DNA from: a virus
Taxonomy: Duplodnaviria > Caudoviricetes
Reading direction: 5' to 3' (one strand)
DNA: 64,000 nt
Virus record (IMG/VR): IMGVR_UViG_3300028833_000058
Positions 30,001 to 39,787 of this stretch are shown here, piece after piece (the first letter of the stretch is position 1; every line of letters begins with the position of its first letter). The position numbers and the translations under genes were made by a program. The notes under the pieces were generated by a model, which saw only the letters and a list, made by a program, of their open reading frames with translations, was not told where the DNA came from and made no database searches.

Positions 30001-30742
30001 CGGTAAAGAAGAAGATTTTGGTCCTTATTACACAGAAGGGTATTTGAAATCAGATGAACCTACACACATGCAAGCTCTAAATCCGTTTAAAGATAACACA
30101 GAACCATATCCAACAAAGTCTGGTATGATAAATCGTAATTTCTTATTTGAATGTGACTATTTAACAAAAGAAGAACAAGAAGAAATGATAAAAGGATTTG
30201 AGGATAAGACATATAGAATAGTATGGTCTGGTCATAGAAGTTATCATATCGTAGTTAGATTAGATAAACCTGTTACATCTGTTAAATACAAGAGAGTATG
30301 GGAACAATTAGCACATATGTTGAAAATAATTGGTGCAGATGAAATGTGTAATCAACCGTCAAGATATACAAGGGTTCCAGACCAGATAAATCCAAAGACA
30401 GGTGAAATGCAAACATTATATAGTGAAAAGAAATATGTATTTAACACAGATGAGATACTTGAAAATCTCCAACCTTTAAAAAGTGATAAACCTGTTAAGC
30501 CTACCACGTTCAAAGGGGAGCCAACGAGGGAAGCTTTAGAAAAACACATAGCTAAACAAGATTGGAGTGAAGGTAACAGATTTGTAGCTTGTCAGAAGTT
30601 AAGCCCAGTTCTGATTTCTTTGGTTAGTCTCGAAGAATTATATGAGATGATACCTTGTAAGTTAGATAAAGACCATAAATATGTAATAAGAAGTAAGAGA
30701 AGAGCTTATGAAAAAATGAAAGCAGAAGAAGAAAGTTATTAA
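27014..30742 (+). CDS. Family B DNA polymerase with 3'-5' exonuclease, fused C-terminal AEP primase-like domain and uncharacterised N-terminal domain
   Basis: ExoI YDIEV, ExoII GFNNAAYD, ExoIII YCEMD; Pol A DVASLYPS, B KLILNGAIG, C TNTDG; C-terminal FECD / SGHRSYH / PSRYTRVP. Confidence 0.85.
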   Translation: MKGLYMSENVSFGRDKLDCFAEFVPNLILIAEKPLDDDKEVIFDSKEGQNYLDLCSQSRFKDILTHVTYIDDSKDISFTKDILFSILEYYRQKNCLDLNNLIVGFIGEKAFNAFYDDYDSVGVDDKNSVILDKQSKSLRVIMSSVNKNYRFNVPYVILPNLDEDITRATGVLNQASNFKKGVKNPYSTTGDVVKKLEFMLDMYQKGILKSFCIEGKIDKETNKFKYCKFYDKQSNETCFYKKKDEICKDDMAETVKLFSSTLLSAVTTIPVYGKNIEEVINCFNDNVRDKIRIATEEDIKSEDVIDQDFRVYGSANGEPSAWYDKWYKEAFLPKLKDQIREKDKIRRRNTLVRDGYLDEHKYEWVYDIEVFKEDWLLVAKTLDGENKVICWNDPEHLKVWIANKILIGFNNAAYDNNVIKYAMGYNTALSNYQKSISNNVKKPLTVKEYSDLIINEEGDKEFTSDPTVPNFLSWDLSFHLPFDVRRNSLKKLTMSVLNRKNYDSSVPFDINRKLTKYEREEVEKYCEMDVDNTLALFLPDPEDVKAKELDPKHEMRTFARESYDIRWNMIVEYFMTPKTLSNKSASFAGKVLCGEDAKPDLQNQTKLINGRKVYYSIPELAEKELAGTELLEFYHKHQENPKYITEKFECYLGPHDDSHLYQFGFGGLHQALINFGSTNLVNMDVASLYPSLLVQYGLMSRGAKANPDSYEQVYHKRLEAKKMSKTSHELKYKLLNEGLKLILNGAIGAMLSDYNPLYDTWSNSTICVHGQLLIFILAKRLFDAGFNIVQTNTDGIMIEKRPDKDFMPIAEQWMKETRLVLEFDDIKILQQNNVNNYYCEFTNGKIKSKGFYLSNEKFGKATSKILCNLVTNQPPLDGVVPRDFVIFKRHGLGEIYDGKTREKLEGRSLAFVVGYPNDPRTQSYYSRSRNEREIVKKGEDGKPILDQYGKQVTEKVNTESKISGFTDHMLLVDDLNTLTMQEINTREYINFAKNLLGKEEDFGPYYTEGYLKSDEPTHMQALNPFKDNTEPYPTKSGMINRNFLFECDYLTKEEQEEMIKGFEDKTYRIVWSGHRSYHIVVRLDKPVTSVKYKRVWEQLAHMLKIIGADEMCNQPSRYTRVPDQINPKTGEMQTLYSEKKYVFNTDEILENLQPLKSDKPVKPTTFKGEPTREALEKHIAKQDWSEGNRFVACQKLSPVLISLVSLEELYEMIPCKLDKDHKYVIRSKRRAYEKMKAEEESY

Positions 30743-30814
30743 GATATTTAATTATTATGACAATTGACTTTACTTGTTACAAGAAATGTTTTAAGCATGA
30801 AATGAGAGGAAAAG

Positions 30815-31075
30815 ATGTTTTGGTTTGACGATGCAAAAGAAGGTATAGAGATAAGTTTCGAAACAAGAGGTGTTGATGACGAAACTGTTGAATTCATATG
30901 GAATCAATTATCTCCAGAAAAGATTAAGAAGTTAGTAGAAAAAACAGGACAAAATCTTGTTGTTTATGACAAAAACGGTAAACAAGTGGCTGTTTATATA
31001 AAATATAACGAAACTAAACAGTTACACAAGAAGGTTTATACAGTTAGTTGTATGAAAAATATAAATGAGGGATAA
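30815..31075 (+). CDS. Hypothetical protein
   Basis: SD GAGG, operon. Confidence 0.55.
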   Translation: MFWFDDAKEGIEISFETRGVDDETVEFIWNQLSPEKIKKLVEKTGQNLVVYDKNGKQVAVYIKYNETKQLHKKVYTVSCMKNINEG

Positions 31076-31739
31076 AAAGATGATTTTGAATATACAGTAT
31101 TTAGACAATTGGGAAAAACATGGTGAAGCTATCGATGGAGATAATCCTTGGGATGATGCTTATAGAGGTAAACATGTTTCATACAGATGCGGTGAAGAAT
31201 ATTCTTGGTGTAATCGTACATATTTTCACCCATTCTTACAAACAGAAGTGTTACCAATTTATGATAATGAAACTAAACAACAAATTGGTTGGATGGACGA
31301 AGATGATGGTCAAGTTTACAAATTACCATGGCTCATTGAATCAACAGAAGGTAATTCTGGTTATGATTTAAGAGCTGCAATTTCGGAACCAATTGTCATT
31401 AAACCGAATACAAGAGCTTTAATCCCAAATGGTATTAAGATTTCGTTTGGTGAAGGTTTTGATTCAAATGTTGAATTTCAAATTAGATGTCGTTCTGGTC
31501 TTGCTTATAAAAAAGGTATCATGGTAGTCAATGGTATTGGAACAATTGATTATAATTATCGTGGTGAACTAGGAACAATTCTTTATAACTCAGGAACAGA
31601 AGATTTTGTTGTAAACCGTGGTGATAGAGTCAGTCAAGGTGTTATATGTCCTATTTATAAACCAGAAATCGAGATTGTTGATTGGCTAGACACAACAGAT
31701 AGGGGAACTGGTGGTTTTGGTTCTTCGGGAGTTAAATAA
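31065..31739 (+). CDS. dut: Trimeric dUTPase with N-terminal insertion
   Basis: SGYDL, RSGLA, GTIDYNYRGE, GDRVSQ, RGTGGFGSSG. Confidence 0.93.
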   Translation: MRDKKMILNIQYLDNWEKHGEAIDGDNPWDDAYRGKHVSYRCGEEYSWCNRTYFHPFLQTEVLPIYDNETKQQIGWMDEDDGQVYKLPWLIESTEGNSGYDLRAAISEPIVIKPNTRALIPNGIKISFGEGFDSNVEFQIRCRSGLAYKKGIMVVNGIGTIDYNYRGELGTILYNSGTEDFVVNRGDRVSQGVICPIYKPEIEIVDWLDTTDRGTGGFGSSGVK

Positions 31740-32087
31740 ATGAGTGAAAATCAATACCCATCTATAGATGTTTTAAAAACTGCTGTTCATGCTCTACAAA
31801 AGATGGATGAATTAGAAAACAAATGGCAACCTACGTTTGATGAAATGTTTGATGGTTGTTGGTGTATACCTAGTTATTTCAATGAACCTAGACGTGCTAT
31901 TATAACAATGATTGAACAGTTGTTTAATGATGTTCCTGGTCAATATGGTTCACATTTTAGTTGGTGGGTATATGAAGCAGAATGTGGTACTAAAGAAGGT
32001 ATTGCAGATTCTATGACAGATGCAGATGGTACTCCAATTCCAATGGCAACAATAGAAGACTTATATAACTATTATGTTTCTAGATAA
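31740..32087 (+). CDS. Hypothetical phage protein
   Basis: SWWVYE...TIEDLYNY motif. Confidence 0.6.
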   Translation: MSENQYPSIDVLKTAVHALQKMDELENKWQPTFDEMFDGCWCIPSYFNEPRRAIITMIEQLFNDVPGQYGSHFSWWVYEAECGTKEGIADSMTDADGTPIPMATIEDLYNYYVSR

Positions 32088-32113
32088 TTAGTGTAACTGA
32101 AAGGAATATTGTC

Positions 32114-32389
32114 ATGAATGAAATCGATTTTTTAAGACTAGGTGAACGAGCTGAAAAGCAAGAGTTGTTTTTGAAAAAGTTAAAGAAAGCTTCTCCTAAC
32201 ATAAAAGAAGATGTATGTACAATTTTTGAAAACAAATTGGCAACATTGGCGTATAATTTTAGATTACTTTGCGAAAAAGGTTATTACAAGAAATATTGTC
32301 AAGAAGACTACATAGATTATCTTGAGAAAGAAATTTTATGTAGAATATTACTTGGAGAAAGTGTTATAGACAACGAGGGAATTTTATAA
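32114..32389 (+). CDS. Hypothetical protein
   Basis: SD AAGGA, overlaps next gene. Confidence 0.55.
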   Translation: MNEIDFLRLGERAEKQELFLKKLKKASPNIKEDVCTIFENKLATLAYNFRLLCEKGYYKKYCQEDYIDYLEKEILCRILLGESVIDNEGIL

Positions 32390-33072
32390 TGAAAAAGATT
32401 ATTGCTTTAACTGGTCAAGCTGGTTCTGGTAAAGATACTCTTGCTAAAATAATTATGGAACATGCACCTTTAACAGGACACGAATCTGATTGTTGGGTTA
32501 AAATGTCTTTTGCTTCTCATTTAAAAGATGTCGTATCTCTGTTGTTTAACATGGATAGGGATATGTTAGAGGGTGTTACTGTAGAAGATAGAGCGAAAAG
32601 AGAACAACCAGATGAATTTTGGTCAAAGAAAATGGGAAAACCGTTTACTCCTCGTTACGCTTTACAATTTGTTGGAACAGATTTATTACGAAATCAATTA
32701 CACAAAAATATCTGGGTTGATTGTTTAGAGAGAAAAATTGATGAATGTGATAAGAATATAATTATAACGGATGTCAGGTTTAAAAATGAAATATCAATGC
32801 TCAGAGACAAAGGAGCAATGTTTGTCCGTATGGAATTTGAAAAAAAGCCGTACTACTGGGATATAATTTATAAAACTAATACTTTTCAACAATTGACTTC
32901 AGAAGAGCAAAGAAGACTTGATGAAATCTATAAGAATGTACACCCGTCTGAAAGGGATTGGATAGCTGTTGATAACCCACAGTATAGGTTTATTCACAGG
33001 GAAACAGTTGATTTGTTAAAAGAAGATGTGTTAGCAAGTGAATTTTGGAAAGATTTTATAATCGGAGATTGA
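32389..33072 (+). CDS. Deoxynucleoside monophosphate kinase
   Basis: GQAGSGKDT, SFASHLK, PRYALQFVGTD, DVRFKNE, HPSE. Confidence 0.9.
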   Translation: MKKIIALTGQAGSGKDTLAKIIMEHAPLTGHESDCWVKMSFASHLKDVVSLLFNMDRDMLEGVTVEDRAKREQPDEFWSKKMGKPFTPRYALQFVGTDLLRNQLHKNIWVDCLERKIDECDKNIIITDVRFKNEISMLRDKGAMFVRMEFEKKPYYWDIIYKTNTFQQLTSEEQRRLDEIYKNVHPSERDWIAVDNPQYRFIHRETVDLLKEDVLASEFWKDFIIGD

Positions 33073-33073
33073 T

Positions 33074-33943
33074 ATGTTACAATATTTAGATTTATTAAGA
33101 GACATTATGGAAAATGGAAATGACCGTATGGATAGAACTGGTGTAGGTACTCGTTCTGTCTTTGGTCGTCAAATTAGATTTAAAATGGAAGATGGTTTTC
33201 CTGCTGTTACCACTAAAAAACTTGCATGGAAAGCTTGTTGTAGTGAATTGTTGTGGTTTCTTGAAGGTTCTACAAATATTCGTAGATTGGCTGAAATCAA
33301 AAATGATAATAAACCATATGAACAATTAACTGAAAAAGAAAGATTTACAATATGGAATGCTAATTATGAATGTCAAGGTAAAGCATTAGGATATACAGAT
33401 GGTGAACTTGGACCTGTGTATGGAAGTCAATGGAGAAATTTTAATGGTGAGGGAGTAGACCAAGTACAACAACTGATTAATAAAATTAAAACAAATCCAG
33501 TAGATAGACGTTTGATTGTATCAGCTTGGAATCCTGCTTCGTTAGAAATGATGAGTTTACCACCTTGTCACATGATGTATCAATTTTATGTAGATGGCGA
33601 TAGATTAAGTTTAATGTGGTATCAGCGTAGTGTAGATACTGCAACAGGATTGCCGTTTAATATTGCTTCTTATGGATTACTTCTACACATTGTTGCTAAA
33701 ATGACTAATAAAATTCCATATGAGTTGATAGGTACTTTAGGAGATACACATATCTACAAGAATCATTTTGAAGGTGTGGAAGAACAAATCACAAGAAGTC
33801 CATACAAGTTACCAACACTTGAACTTCCAAATATAGATTGGAGTGGTTCAATTGACGATGTTTTACAACAAGTAAAGACAAGTGACTTCAAGCTAGTTGA
33901 CTATTTTTGCTATGATGCGATAAAATACGATATGGCTGTTTAG
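33074..33943 (+). CDS. thyA: Thymidylate synthase
   Basis: DRTGVGT, ELLWFL, GPVYGSQWR, LPPCH, QRSVD, GLPFN, DTHIY. Confidence 0.97.
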   Translation: MLQYLDLLRDIMENGNDRMDRTGVGTRSVFGRQIRFKMEDGFPAVTTKKLAWKACCSELLWFLEGSTNIRRLAEIKNDNKPYEQLTEKERFTIWNANYECQGKALGYTDGELGPVYGSQWRNFNGEGVDQVQQLINKIKTNPVDRRLIVSAWNPASLEMMSLPPCHMMYQFYVDGDRLSLMWYQRSVDTATGLPFNIASYGLLLHIVAKMTNKIPYELIGTLGDTHIYKNHFEGVEEQITRSPYKLPTLELPNIDWSGSIDDVLQQVKTSDFKLVDYFCYDAIKYDMAV

Positions 33944-33952
33944 GAGTGGATT

Positions 33953-34201
33953 ATGGCTGACTTTGTTGATGTTAGATTAGAGAATGACGAACAATGGGAA
34001 CCAATTTTAAAAGACACAGAGTTTTATGAAGATTGTGTAAAAGACTTTTGTAAGAATCATCCAGAGTATTACACAAAAGGGATTGAATTAGATGGTTATC
34101 GTGAATTGACAATAGAAGTTAAAAATAGTAATGAAAATATTAAAAAATATAATGTTCTAATTGATAAGTTCTATTCTTTTTGTATAAAAGAGGTAGAGTA
34201 A
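33953..34201 (+). CDS. Hypothetical protein
   Basis: SD AGGAG. Confidence 0.55.
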   Translation: MADFVDVRLENDEQWEPILKDTEFYEDCVKDFCKNHPEYYTKGIELDGYRELTIEVKNSNENIKKYNVLIDKFYSFCIKEVE

Positions 34202-34228
34202 TAAGAACATAAAAGAAAGGGAAAGCAC

Positions 34229-34603
34229 ATGGAACAGAAAGAAAAAGTACCTATGTTGATAATAGGATACAATGAAGTTAAAGATTATCGTCAACTTAAA
34301 ATTGCGATATTGAAAAGTTTTAATTTAAATTTAGTAAGTAAGATTTATTTCTTAGATAAAAATAATTTTACACAACAAATTGAAGAGTTTTGTAAACAGT
34401 TTAAAATAGAATGTGAAAAACTTACACCTCTTCCTGCTAAAATTTCTAATGAGCAAACAGAGAAATTGTCATCTGTTAAATGTTTAGTTATAATTGATAA
34501 TGGTGAAGATAAAAGACTTAAAAAATACGAGACTTTTGTTAAAAGTTTATCAGTAGATGTAAACACGTGGAAGACAAAAGACGGAAATCTTTTGTTGAAA
34601 TAG
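34229..34603 (+). CDS. Hypothetical protein (possible YspA/SLOG-like)
   Basis: MLIIG...DYRQL N-terminus. Confidence 0.45.
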   Translation: MEQKEKVPMLIIGYNEVKDYRQLKIAILKSFNLNLVSKIYFLDKNNFTQQIEEFCKQFKIECEKLTPLPAKISNEQTEKLSSVKCLVIIDNGEDKRLKKYETFVKSLSVDVNTWKTKDGNLLLK

Positions 34604-34615
34604 AAAGGTGTTGTT

Positions 34616-35236
34616 GTGAGAAACCATAAAGTATTTTTTACAAGTGATACCCATTTTAACCATAAGAATATTTTAACTTTGGGTAATGGAAGACCTTTTA
34701 AGACTATTGAAGAACATAATCAGACTTTGATAGACAATTGGAACAAGGTAGTTAAACCAGGTGACGTAGTATTTCATCTTGGTGATGTAGCTTTTACTTA
34801 TGACCCAAAAGAATTAGAAGCCATTTTTCATAAATTAAATGGATATAAACACATTATACAAGGTAATCATGATAGGATTAAAATTCTATCACACTCTTTG
34901 AATACTAATGCTATTCAATCTATCAAAACTTATAACGAATACAACTATGAAGCTGATGATGGTAAAGTCTATTCTTTTGTCATGATGCATTGGCCAATTC
35001 TAGAACCAAATCACATTTTTAGAAATAAGGATAGTGAGGATATTTCTGTAATAGGACTATATGGTCATGTTCACGATATAAATGATTATGAACCAATTTA
35101 TAAAAATTTAGGGTTTCCATGTGTACATGTTGGGGTAGATACTAGTTCAAAGATATTAGATACTAAACCATTCAGCCCGATTGATGCTGAAGATATAATT
35201 AAATATTGCAAATTAACATTTAAAACAAGGACTTAA
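34616..35236 (+). CDS. Calcineurin-like metallophosphoesterase
   Basis: SDTHFNH, HLGD, GNHD, YGHVH. Confidence 0.9.
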   Translation: MRNHKVFFTSDTHFNHKNILTLGNGRPFKTIEEHNQTLIDNWNKVVKPGDVVFHLGDVAFTYDPKELEAIFHKLNGYKHIIQGNHDRIKILSHSLNTNAIQSIKTYNEYNYEADDGKVYSFVMMHWPILEPNHIFRNKDSEDISVIGLYGHVHDINDYEPIYKNLGFPCVHVGVDTSSKILDTKPFSPIDAEDIIKYCKLTFKTRT

Positions 35237-35240
35237 TAAT

Positions 35241-35453
35241 ATGGCTAAACTTAAAATTATAAAGAATCCAGATGAAGCAATTTACAATCAAGTTACAGAA
35301 GATGTAAAGGCTTGTAATGGTCAATGTCCATGTTTTTATCCAATGGATAAAGATGATAAAGACTTTCGTTGCGTTTGTAAAAATTTTCGAGAACAACAAG
35401 AGCCTGGCCCATGTCATTGTGGGAGATATGTTAAGGTTTTAGTAGAGGATTAA
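35241..35453 (+). CDS. Ferredoxin-thioredoxin reductase catalytic-subunit-like small Fe-S protein
   Basis: CPC...CVC...CHC triple motif. Confidence 0.75.
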   Translation: MAKLKIIKNPDEAIYNQVTEDVKACNGQCPCFYPMDKDDKDFRCVCKNFREQQEPGPCHCGRYVKVLVED

Positions 35454-35492
35454 CCAATAGGGTTCTTCTCCTTTCGACCCTATTGTTTGAGG

Positions 35493-35523
35493 TGACTCTC
35501 TTGCCAAAAGAGAGTCATTTTTT
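35493..35523 (+). terminator. Rho-independent terminator
   Basis: TGACTCTCT-loop-AGAGAGTCA followed by a T run. Confidence 0.7.
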
Positions 35524-35565
35524 AGTTCTAATAAAGGACATTTACTTTGTGAGAGATTTATTAGA

Positions 35566-36555
35566 ATGAAATATTGGTTTATGCTTTTCATTGCCTTTAG
35601 TATGGCGATTATATCATCTTTGTTGACAGCTTTTGGTATGTCTGACCTATTTTCTGGTGTTGGTAGCCTAATCTTAACCATGTTTATTGTAATTGACTTA
35701 GGACGATTTCTTCTATTCAATTTTTTAGTAGATGAATGGTATAACTTAAGAAAAGTTAAGTATTTTACTGTATTTATATTATGTTTATTGTTTATATACT
35801 CTGGAATCGGTATTTTCTCAAAAATGTCATCTTTGGTTTCAAACGAAGTACAAGAGGCCATGATAAATGTGTCTTCTATTAAGAAAGCAGCTCAGAACGC
35901 AGATATAAAACACACAAGGTCTGAAGATTTAGCTAAAATAGCTCAAGATGAATATAAAAACGCATTAAGTTGGAATGAAACAGATTATAAAAACTGTTTA
36001 AGAAGAGCAGGGTCAAATGCTCGTGCTGAAAACAATTGTAATAACACAAAAAGAAGACTTGATAAAAACGCTTTAACGGCCCTACAAACAGCATTAAAGG
36101 AAGCAGATGACAATTTATCAGGTATAGAAGAAATAACGCTTCAGGAGTCGAAAAATAAGTCACAAATCTCACATGTTTTGATGACGGTGTGTAAAATATC
36201 ACAACGAGAATGTAATAATTATGATGATTTACAATTAGCGTTATCCATCATCATCTTTTTGGTTATCATTGGAACAGATTATCTTCAAATAGCTATTGTT
36301 CTTGCTGTAAATACTCGTAAAAATAAGAATAAAAAAGTATCGAATCATGTTGAAAGAGTTGAAACTTCTTATGAATATGAACCAATAAATTATGAAACAA
36401 ACTTTCAACCAATGTCAGTTAGTTTTACACAACCTGTGATTTCAAATTTAGATAAAAAAGAAGAAAAAGTTGAAAATAAAAAAGTTGAAGAAAAAATTAA
36501 AACAGAGCCCGAAAAAATAAAATCAAAGTCTCATGGAAAATTTAGTTTTAGATAA
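35566..36555 (+). CDS. Membrane protein with coiled coil
   Basis: Three N-terminal TM segments, coiled coil, one further TM. Confidence 0.65.
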   Translation: MKYWFMLFIAFSMAIISSLLTAFGMSDLFSGVGSLILTMFIVIDLGRFLLFNFLVDEWYNLRKVKYFTVFILCLLFIYSGIGIFSKMSSLVSNEVQEAMINVSSIKKAAQNADIKHTRSEDLAKIAQDEYKNALSWNETDYKNCLRRAGSNARAENNCNNTKRRLDKNALTALQTALKEADDNLSGIEEITLQESKNKSQISHVLMTVCKISQRECNNYDDLQLALSIIIFLVIIGTDYLQIAIVLAVNTRKNKNKKVSNHVERVETSYEYEPINYETNFQPMSVSFTQPVISNLDKKEEKVENKKVEEKIKTEPEKIKSKSHGKFSFR

Positions 36556-36695
36556 CAATGGGTTAATAATTTACCATTAAATAAGTATAAAAATTGTTTT
36601 TACTTTTCATTTTGGTTAAGCTAAAAACGTTTAAAGTAGGTTGTTCTAAAATACACGACCTCAAGATTTTTTATTATAAGAAAGGAAGGGAATCA

Positions 36696-37211
36696 ATGAA
36701 ATTTACAGTACCATTGAAAGAAACTTGGCTTGATTATCCGAGTCCAGATGGTATTGCTGTCATTGTGTATTTTTGTGGTTGTGAGCATCACTGTAAAGGG
36801 TGTCATAGTTCTTTACTTCAACAAGAGTATGAATACGCCGAGTCTAATGAAGAAATATTAGAAAAAATTAAAAAATACGCTTCTAAAGTCAACACTAACA
36901 AACTTGTTTTTCTTGGTGGTGACCCAATTTACGTAAAAAATATACCTTTGACAACTTTTCTTGTCAATAACTTATCCGATGAATTTGATATATGTGTTTT
37001 TACTGGATACGATATCGACTATGTAAAGAAAATTGGAATAGAAGGTGTTAGATATTGGAAATGTGGTAAATTTGACATCGATAAGTCAAGAGAATCTAAA
37101 AAGACAGATGAAGAATATGTTTTAGCATCTCCAAATCAGAATTTTTATGATGGTAATTATGAGCTAATCTCGATTAACGGAATATTAAAATTTAACAAGA
37201 AGGAAATTTAA
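36696..37211 (+). CDS. nrdG: Anaerobic RNR activating enzyme (radical SAM)
   Basis: CEHHCKGCH motif, LGGDP; SD before ATG 36696; adjacent to nrdD. Confidence 0.88.
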   Translation: MKFTVPLKETWLDYPSPDGIAVIVYFCGCEHHCKGCHSSLLQQEYEYAESNEEILEKIKKYASKVNTNKLVFLGGDPIYVKNIPLTTFLVNNLSDEFDICVFTGYDIDYVKKIGIEGVRYWKCGKFDIDKSRESKKTDEEYVLASPNQNFYDGNYELISINGILKFNKKEI

Positions 37212-37213
37212 CC

Positions 37214-39388
37214 ATGTGTAATAAAAAACCAATTACTGTAAAATATCCTAACTTCAACCCAAATGAAGAGAATCCGTATCAAGAAGAAATGGATAAATTG
37301 TTAGACATTAGTTTGACTGAAGCTTCGACAACCAGAACTATTAAGAACATAACTGAATGTTTAACTAAGTCTTTGAAGTCTAAGTATGGGATTAAAGATA
37401 AGGAGCAGTTAAAAGAAGATGTAGATGAGATAAGTAAGATACATGGTATGTCTGCATCAAATTTTGACCCGTTATCTACAATATCAAAATTGACGTTTGG
37501 CGAAGATAAAAATGTTAACAACTATTCTGTTGACGATAACGCAAATAAAACTTCTGTTAACATGGAAGGTATATGTGGTGAAGCATTTTTACCATATAAA
37601 AAGGTAGCAGGTTATGACTATGAATACCAATCATTGAAAGAGTTATTTGGTAAGGACGAAGCTAAAAAGTGCTGTGCAAGTATGTATGATTTATCTTTAG
37701 CTTTGAACGATTCTACTAAAATTACAATTCCTTATTGTTATTGTATTGACGCTTCTAAATTAGTTATTGAAGGAAGAAACTTTGGTCAAGTTCATTCTTC
37801 ACCAGCACATAGAGTTAATACGTATATCAGTATTCTATGTGATACAATACGTGAAATTAGTTTTAATATTGCAGGTGCCGTTGCTATTGGTTCATTCTTT
37901 TTGGATATTGCTCACTTAGCTATTTACAAAGAGCGTATTACTTTAGATGATTTGAGAACAGACAAAAAAACTCGTAAGTATATTGGTAACTGCTTACAAC
38001 AATTTATTCACTCTGTAAACCATTATTCTAGAAATTCTGTTGAAAGTCCTTTTACAAACGTTTCTTGCTTTGATAGAGATAAACTCATCAATTTGATTAG
38101 TGATGAAAACTATGGGTGGTATTTCCCGAAAAAAGCAGCTGTAATAGAAGATAATGAATTGGAAAACAATAAAGAAGTCTTTAAAGAGTTTGTTTTAGAT
38201 TACATAGAAGAATTACAAGAAATTTACATTGATATTTTTGATGCTGGTGACCCATTAAGAAATGGTTTGCAGTTCCCATTCCCAGTTACAACTTGTAACT
38301 TATCTATTACAGTAGATGAGAATGGTGAAAGAAGATTAACGAATCCAGATGATAAACTTTATAACTACATCGTTGGTAAAGATATCTCTAAATACAACAT
38401 TTATTGTTCTGAGGGCACAAAGGTAGCTTCATGCTGTCGTTTATTATCTGATGCCGAAATGCTTGGATTAGGTGAAGGTGTTAACAGCTTTGGTGGTTCA
38501 CAAATTTCTTTAGGTTCACACCGTGTTGTTACGACAGATATGTTTAGAGCAGCATGCGAAGCCACTTCTTATGATGATTTTAAGAAGATTTTAACAGAAA
38601 GAGTTGAAGAATCTGCTAAAATTTTACAAGCACACCGTGTTTTAATTCATAAATTAGAAAAATGTGGTACTCAACCTTGGGTTTCTAATGGTTGGATTAA
38701 TATGTCCCACTTATTCTCAACATTCGGTTGCGTTGGATACGTTGAAGCTGATAAATTGTTAAAATATAAATTTAATCATAAAGATTTCGACTACATGAAA
38801 GACTTTTTGGTATATTTTAACAATGAATGTAAGAGAGTAGCTGAAAGTTATAAGATGATTTGGAACATTGAAGCTATTCCAGCTGAAGGTATGGCTCCAA
38901 AATTAGCAAAAGCAAATAAAATTATCTTTGGTGATGAAAACGGTTGTTATAACGGAACAGACTTTAAGATGCCAGATATTCTTGCTAACCAATGGTGTTC
39001 TTTGTGGGAAGACCATACTATTTACGAAAAGATGAAGAGAGATGGTCAAATTCAAAGATTGATGACTGGTGGTAGTATTGTTCACATTAACATTGACAGT
39101 AAAATTACTCGTTCACAGGCTAAAAAGTTAATTGAAGATTCAGTTAAATTTGGTATGGCCCATTTCGCTTTGAACGCTTGCTATATTGAATGTCAAGATT
39201 GTGGTCATGTTGTTAAAGGTTATCTTGATGAATGTCCAAATTGTCATTCTACTCATTTAAACCACTATAGCCGTGTTATTGGATATTTTAGTAGAGTTGA
39301 AAGTTGGGGTAAGGTACGTAGAGAAAAAGACTTCCCGAATCGTAAATTCCTTAATCCAAATGACATTAAACGTGAACTTGGCGACTAA
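37214..39388 (+). CDS. nrdD: Class III anaerobic ribonucleoside-triphosphate reductase
   Basis: SPFTN, ASCCRL, IPAE, CxxC...CxxC, SRVIGYF glycyl-radical motif. Confidence 0.93.
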   Translation: MCNKKPITVKYPNFNPNEENPYQEEMDKLLDISLTEASTTRTIKNITECLTKSLKSKYGIKDKEQLKEDVDEISKIHGMSASNFDPLSTISKLTFGEDKNVNNYSVDDNANKTSVNMEGICGEAFLPYKKVAGYDYEYQSLKELFGKDEAKKCCASMYDLSLALNDSTKITIPYCYCIDASKLVIEGRNFGQVHSSPAHRVNTYISILCDTIREISFNIAGAVAIGSFFLDIAHLAIYKERITLDDLRTDKKTRKYIGNCLQQFIHSVNHYSRNSVESPFTNVSCFDRDKLINLISDENYGWYFPKKAAVIEDNELENNKEVFKEFVLDYIEELQEIYIDIFDAGDPLRNGLQFPFPVTTCNLSITVDENGERRLTNPDDKLYNYIVGKDISKYNIYCSEGTKVASCCRLLSDAEMLGLGEGVNSFGGSQISLGSHRVVTTDMFRAACEATSYDDFKKILTERVEESAKILQAHRVLIHKLEKCGTQPWVSNGWINMSHLFSTFGCVGYVEADKLLKYKFNHKDFDYMKDFLVYFNNECKRVAESYKMIWNIEAIPAEGMAPKLAKANKIIFGDENGCYNGTDFKMPDILANQWCSLWEDHTIYEKMKRDGQIQRLMTGGSIVHINIDSKITRSQAKKLIEDSVKFGMAHFALNACYIECQDCGHVVKGYLDECPNCHSTHLNHYSRVIGYFSRVESWGKVRREKDFPNRKFLNPNDIKRELGD

Positions 39389-39399
39389 AGGATTTAATA

Positions 39400-39732
39400 A
39401 TGACAAACGAAGAGTTGAAATATCTTATTAGCGAACTTGTTGGAGATGAAGAAGAGTTAAATCAAATCATTATCCTCGAAGGGGATGAGTTCGCTGATGG
39501 AGCAATTGGTTTATCTGAAGACAATCGTGTTGCACATGAATCTATAGATAGCGTTGAAGTAAACAAAGACGCTATTGTTACGATTAGAAAAGTTTACTAT
39601 CCTACTGAAAAAGAAGTAGAAGAAGACGGTGCTGCTGTGAAAAAGCTTGTAAATGAGACTTTTTATAAAGTTTCATTCATGAACGGTGAAGCTATAAACT
39701 TAACTAAAGCAGAAAAGAATAAACTTAATTAA
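39400..39732 (+). CDS. Hypothetical protein
   Basis: SD AAGGA; followed by a bidirectional terminator at about 39749-39786. Confidence 0.55.
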   Translation: MTNEELKYLISELVGDEEELNQIIILEGDEFADGAIGLSEDNRVAHESIDSVEVNKDAIVTIRKVYYPTEKEVEEDGAAVKKLVNETFYKVSFMNGEAINLTKAEKNKLN

Positions 39733-39787
39733 GTTTATTGACATTATGAAAAAAGAAGGTCAATTTTACAACTGGCCTTCTTTTTCT

